DNA of 64,000 bases, taken from NCBI GenBank assembly GCA_037305845.1, contig CP147778.1, positions 3,136,001 through 3,200,000 on the forward strand, in the 5' to 3' direction. The DNA comes from Candidatus Freyarchaeum deiterrae (GTDB lineage Archaea; Asgardarchaeota; Jordiarchaeia; Jordiarchaeales; Jordiarchaeaceae). Numbering within the stretch: position 1 is the first letter of the stretch; each line of letters opens with the position of its first letter. A model generated the notes under the pieces. That model was not told the DNA's origin. It saw only the letters and a program-made list of their open reading frames with translations, and did no database searches. Shown here piece after piece: positions 61,239 through 64,000 of this stretch. The position numbers and the translations under genes were made by a program.

Positions 61239-62015
61239 TCAGCTGAATCCATCTAATAAAGCCTTCACATTTTTTCCTAGGTCCGGATGATAGTATCCAC
61301 CTTCCAGAATGGCGAAACGTCTTCCTGCACAAGTTTCATCAGAAAACTCTTTGACCATGGACGCTATGGTTTCGTAATCCTCGGTTTTTAGTCTACGTCC
61401 CCAATCCAGAATGTATTCATCAAAACCAGCAGAAACCGCAACTATGTCGCAGCCTTTGGTAGCCTCAAGCTTAAGTTGCTCTGAGACCTCCGCCAAGTAT
61501 TCCTTTCTTCCGCCGTGATTCGGATTGAGGATAGATATTCCAGGTAAACCACCCAAAATATTCACTGTTCCATCTCCGAAGTGTAAATCAATATCAAGAA
61601 TAAAAACTTTTTCAGCCTTACCCTCACTTCTCAGTTTCAAAATAGCAACAGCCATGTTACTAAAGAAACAAAAACCCCAATTGGAATCACTAGAAGCATG
61701 ATGTCCCGGTGGACGAATCAAACCGAAAGCAGGCTCCCCACTATAACCAAGTTCTGCAGCGGTAATAGCCCCCCCAGCGGCAAGAGCGGCTACCTTATAC
61801 AACTGTTTATCCGATTTAATTGAATCAATATGTCTCTGAGTGTGAGCCCTCCTTAAATCCACCTCACTGGCTGGCTTAGGCTCGACAAACTCGAAATACG
61901 GAGCAATCACATCATAAATACTTTCTATACGCCCAGCCTCCGCAGCAGGATCGGAAGAATAAACTGTCTTGTACAATTCACTATAAACTATCTTCAAAAC
62001 CGATCCAACCTCCAA
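61239..62015 (-). CDS. Histone deacetylase family protein
   Basis: RPPGHHA, GFCFF, DIDLHFGDGT, SAGFD, LEGGY. Confidence 0.93.
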   Translation of the reverse strand: MEVGSVLKIVYSELYKTVYSSDPAAEAGRIESIYDVIAPYFEFVEPKPASEVDLRRAHTQRHIDSIKSDKQLYKVAALAAGGAITAAELGYSGEPAFGLIRPPGHHASSDSNWGFCFFSNMAVAILKLRSEGKAEKVFILDIDLHFGDGTVNILGGLPGISILNPNHGGRKEYLAEVSEQLKLEATKGCDIVAVSAGFDEYILDWGRRLKTEDYETIASMVKEFSDETCAGRRFAILEGGYYHPDLGKNVKALLDGFS

Positions 62016-62309
62016 AAACTATCTAACAAACATCTCTTCCCTTGATATAAAAGGTAACATCTAAATATTAAATTTTTACCCTTTAGTAAATTTTTTTAAA
62101 AATAGAAAAAAAGAAATTAAAATTCACTAAAAATTTTTAATCATAAACTGATACTACTTATTGGGTTCCCTTTTGTAGAAAATTTATGAAATTCAAAAAC
62201 CTACTACCCTCTCAGGATAGAATTACAGGGTATCAGCTTGACAGCTATTATCCGTATCTTGAATTTTAAATGTAGAACTTGAAGGAAAAAGGTTTGGGAT
62301 TTTGTTTGT

Positions 62310-62459
62310 CTAATTATTCTTCTCTTTTTTCTTCTCTTCTCTGAAGAATTCGGTGCCTTCCCTATAATCGATGTATCCTTCAGAAACTATTCTATTTCTA
62401 AACTTCTCTCTTCGCCGCTTTTCTATATTACTAAACTCTTTATTCTCCTTTTTACTCAA
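62310..62459 (-). CDS. Putative 49-aa charged microprotein
   Basis: MSKKENKEFSNIEKRRREKFRNRIVSEGYIDYREGTEFFREEKKKEKNN; TTG follows GGTGAG; below the ORF-track cut-off. Confidence 0.5.
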   Translation of the reverse strand: MSKKENKEFSNIEKRRREKFRNRIVSEGYIDYREGTEFFREEKKKEKNN

Positions 62460-62740
62460 TTTACTCACCCTAATACAAATATTCAATTCAAGATAATGTT
62501 CTACTCAGGTACTTGTTCCCTTCACACGCTGGGTATATTGCCCAATAATATATGATCAAAATATAGATATTAAATTTTTGCTGGAAAATCTTTACAAGAT
62601 TTGCTATTAAAAATGAATAGAAGAGCTCACTACTTAAGCCCAATAATACTTCACTCGATAATATCTCCGGTCACTCAAGAATCATATAACGATTTAGGAA
62701 CTATGAATATAAACTTGAATTTTGGACCGGCTACCTTGGA

Positions 62741-62902
62741 CTAGGTTTTCTTCTTAGACCGTTCTAGAGCTAATCTCCATTCTTCCTCATCACTTTTTTC
62801 CGTATCCTCTTGAGATAATTTTTTCAATTCTTCAATGTCATAATTTATTTTCTCCCCTTTTTTATTAACTTTCGGAGCACACTTATCACAATCTTTGGAC
62901 AA
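62741..62902 (-). CDS. Putative 53-aa microprotein with CxxC and a UIM-like C-terminal helix
   Basis: MSKDCDKCAPKVNKKGEKINYDIEELKKLSQEDTEKSDEEEWRLALERSKKKT; TTG preceded by GGAGG. Confidence 0.6.
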   Translation of the reverse strand: MSKDCDKCAPKVNKKGEKINYDIEELKKLSQEDTEKSDEEEWRLALERSKKKT

Positions 62903-63212
62903 ATTTCTTTCCTCCACATATCTTCATTCCTATTCTTTTTAAAAAAAGTTGAAGTTTATAAACCTTTTTAAATATGCTTAAAATTTTTAAGCTAAACAAA
63001 TTGTCGGCACCTTTCTTGAAGGGTTTGGACACGTAATTTAAAGAGATTTTAGTATCGAAAAGGATGCTTCTTTTATAATTAAAAACTGTTTTTACTTTAT
63101 TCAAAAAGATACTTGAAACGAAGAGCTTTACTCGCTTCAAGTTTTTGATTCAAAAAAAAGAATATTTAAAAAATAGTATGTAGCTAAAATATTAGTTACG
63201 CAAAGAGATCAT

Positions 63213-63416
63213 TTATTTCTTCTTTGGCTTTGATGGCTTTGCAGGTGCTCCTGCTGGCTTTGGTGGCATTGCTGCCGGTTTTGGTGGCATTGCTGCCGGT
63301 TTGGCAGGACCCATTGCACCGGGTTTGGCACCCATTTTGTGATCCATTCCTTGGTGCTTCTTTAACTCGTCTGGAGTCTTGAACATTTTACCACATTGTG
63401 GACATTTTATGGACAT
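63213..63416 (-). CDS. Small C2H2 zinc-finger protein with Pro/Ala/Lys tail
   Basis: CPQCGKMFKTPDELKKHQGMDH; ATG at 63416 follows GGAGGAG; 21-bp tandem repeat encoding PAAMPPK twice. Confidence 0.8.
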   Translation of the reverse strand: MSIKCPQCGKMFKTPDELKKHQGMDHKMGAKPGAMGPAKPAAMPPKPAAMPPKPAGAPAKPSKPKKK

Positions 63417-63645
63417 TTGTTCTCCTCCAATTATATATTTTAGATTCATTAATTCCTTTATTGCTTATAAATATTTTTATATAAACAATATTATTAAAAT
63501 AATAAAAAAAAGATATAAAGAGAACATTGTTACAAAACAAGCCAAATGCAAAACGGAAACCCCCCCAAACTTTAGGAAAAGCTTTAGATTAAATTTCAAG
63601 AACATATTTATAGTAATAATTTTTCACCGTTGAGGTTTGATTATT

Positions 63646-64000
63646 TTGAGACTTCAGTTCCTTGGCGCTACAAGAACAGTAACCGGTTCGCTTCACCTTT
63701 TGGAAACCGATGGTAAAAAAATACTCCTAGATTGCGGACTTTTTCAAGGAAATAAGGAGCTTTGGGAAAGAAACAATTTGTTCAACTTTAACCCAAAAGA
63801 TATAGACTATGTACTTATCTCCCACGGCCACATAGACCACTGCGGAAGACTCCCACTCCTAGTTAACAGAGGCTTTAACGGGAAAATATACGCCACACAC
63901 GCAACAGCCGACCTCTGCTCAATCCTCCTAAAAGACGCTGCAAAAATTGAGGAACTTGACACCGAAAGGGAAAATGCTTACAGAATCAGTAAAGGTTTGT
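63646..64000 (+). CDS. Metallo-beta-lactamase / beta-CASP ribonuclease, 3'-truncated by the window edge
   Basis: LQFLGATRTVTGS, LLDCGLFQG, ISHGHIDHCGRLP motifs; not in the ORF track. Confidence 0.92.
   Translation, partial: MRLQFLGATRTVTGSLHLLETDGKKILLDCGLFQGNKELWERNNLFNFNPKDIDYVLISHGHIDHCGRLPLLVNRGFNGKIYATHATADLCSILLKDAAKIEELDTERENAYRISKGL

Overview
AT-rich archaeal chromosomal window. The archaeal-type genes (KaiC-like RecA-fold proteins, V4R proteins, a roadblock-like/wHTH protein, archaeal glutamate synthase subunit) suggest an Asgard- or Bathyarchaeia-like lineage; this is inference. No rRNA, tRNA or CRISPR array was seen. Housekeeping and metabolic genes (pdxS/pdxT, pyk, aspA/fumC family, Ap4A hydrolase, CinA-like, HDAC family, beta-CASP nuclease) are interspersed with accessory modules. 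(1) 8.7-21.7 kb: an uncharacterised cluster of two paralogous ~390-aa proteins, a stand-alone PEP-utilising phospho-His swivel domain, a CrtC/tocopherol-cyclase-like protein, a membrane protein and four B12-binding radical SAM paralogues. (2) A tnpB gene apparently split into a 5' piece (8488-8577, +) and a 3' piece (19995-18811, -), implying inversion of the ~11.4 kb between them. (3) An R-M locus with one MTase and two unrelated nucleases. (4) 34-40 kb: a tandem array of five Cys-rich V4R-like paralogues with a strong excess of amino-acid-changing differences, mosaic structure, a repeated hairpin-rich non-coding element, a shared palindromic operator and decayed copies of the 5' end of the downstream gene. 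(5) Three tandem-domain KaiC-like proteins with degenerate Walker motifs, a V4R pair and an orphan PAS histidine kinase. (6) Microproteins below the ORF-track cut-off, one carrying a UIM-like motif. All family assignments come from motif recognition by eye, not from database searches.
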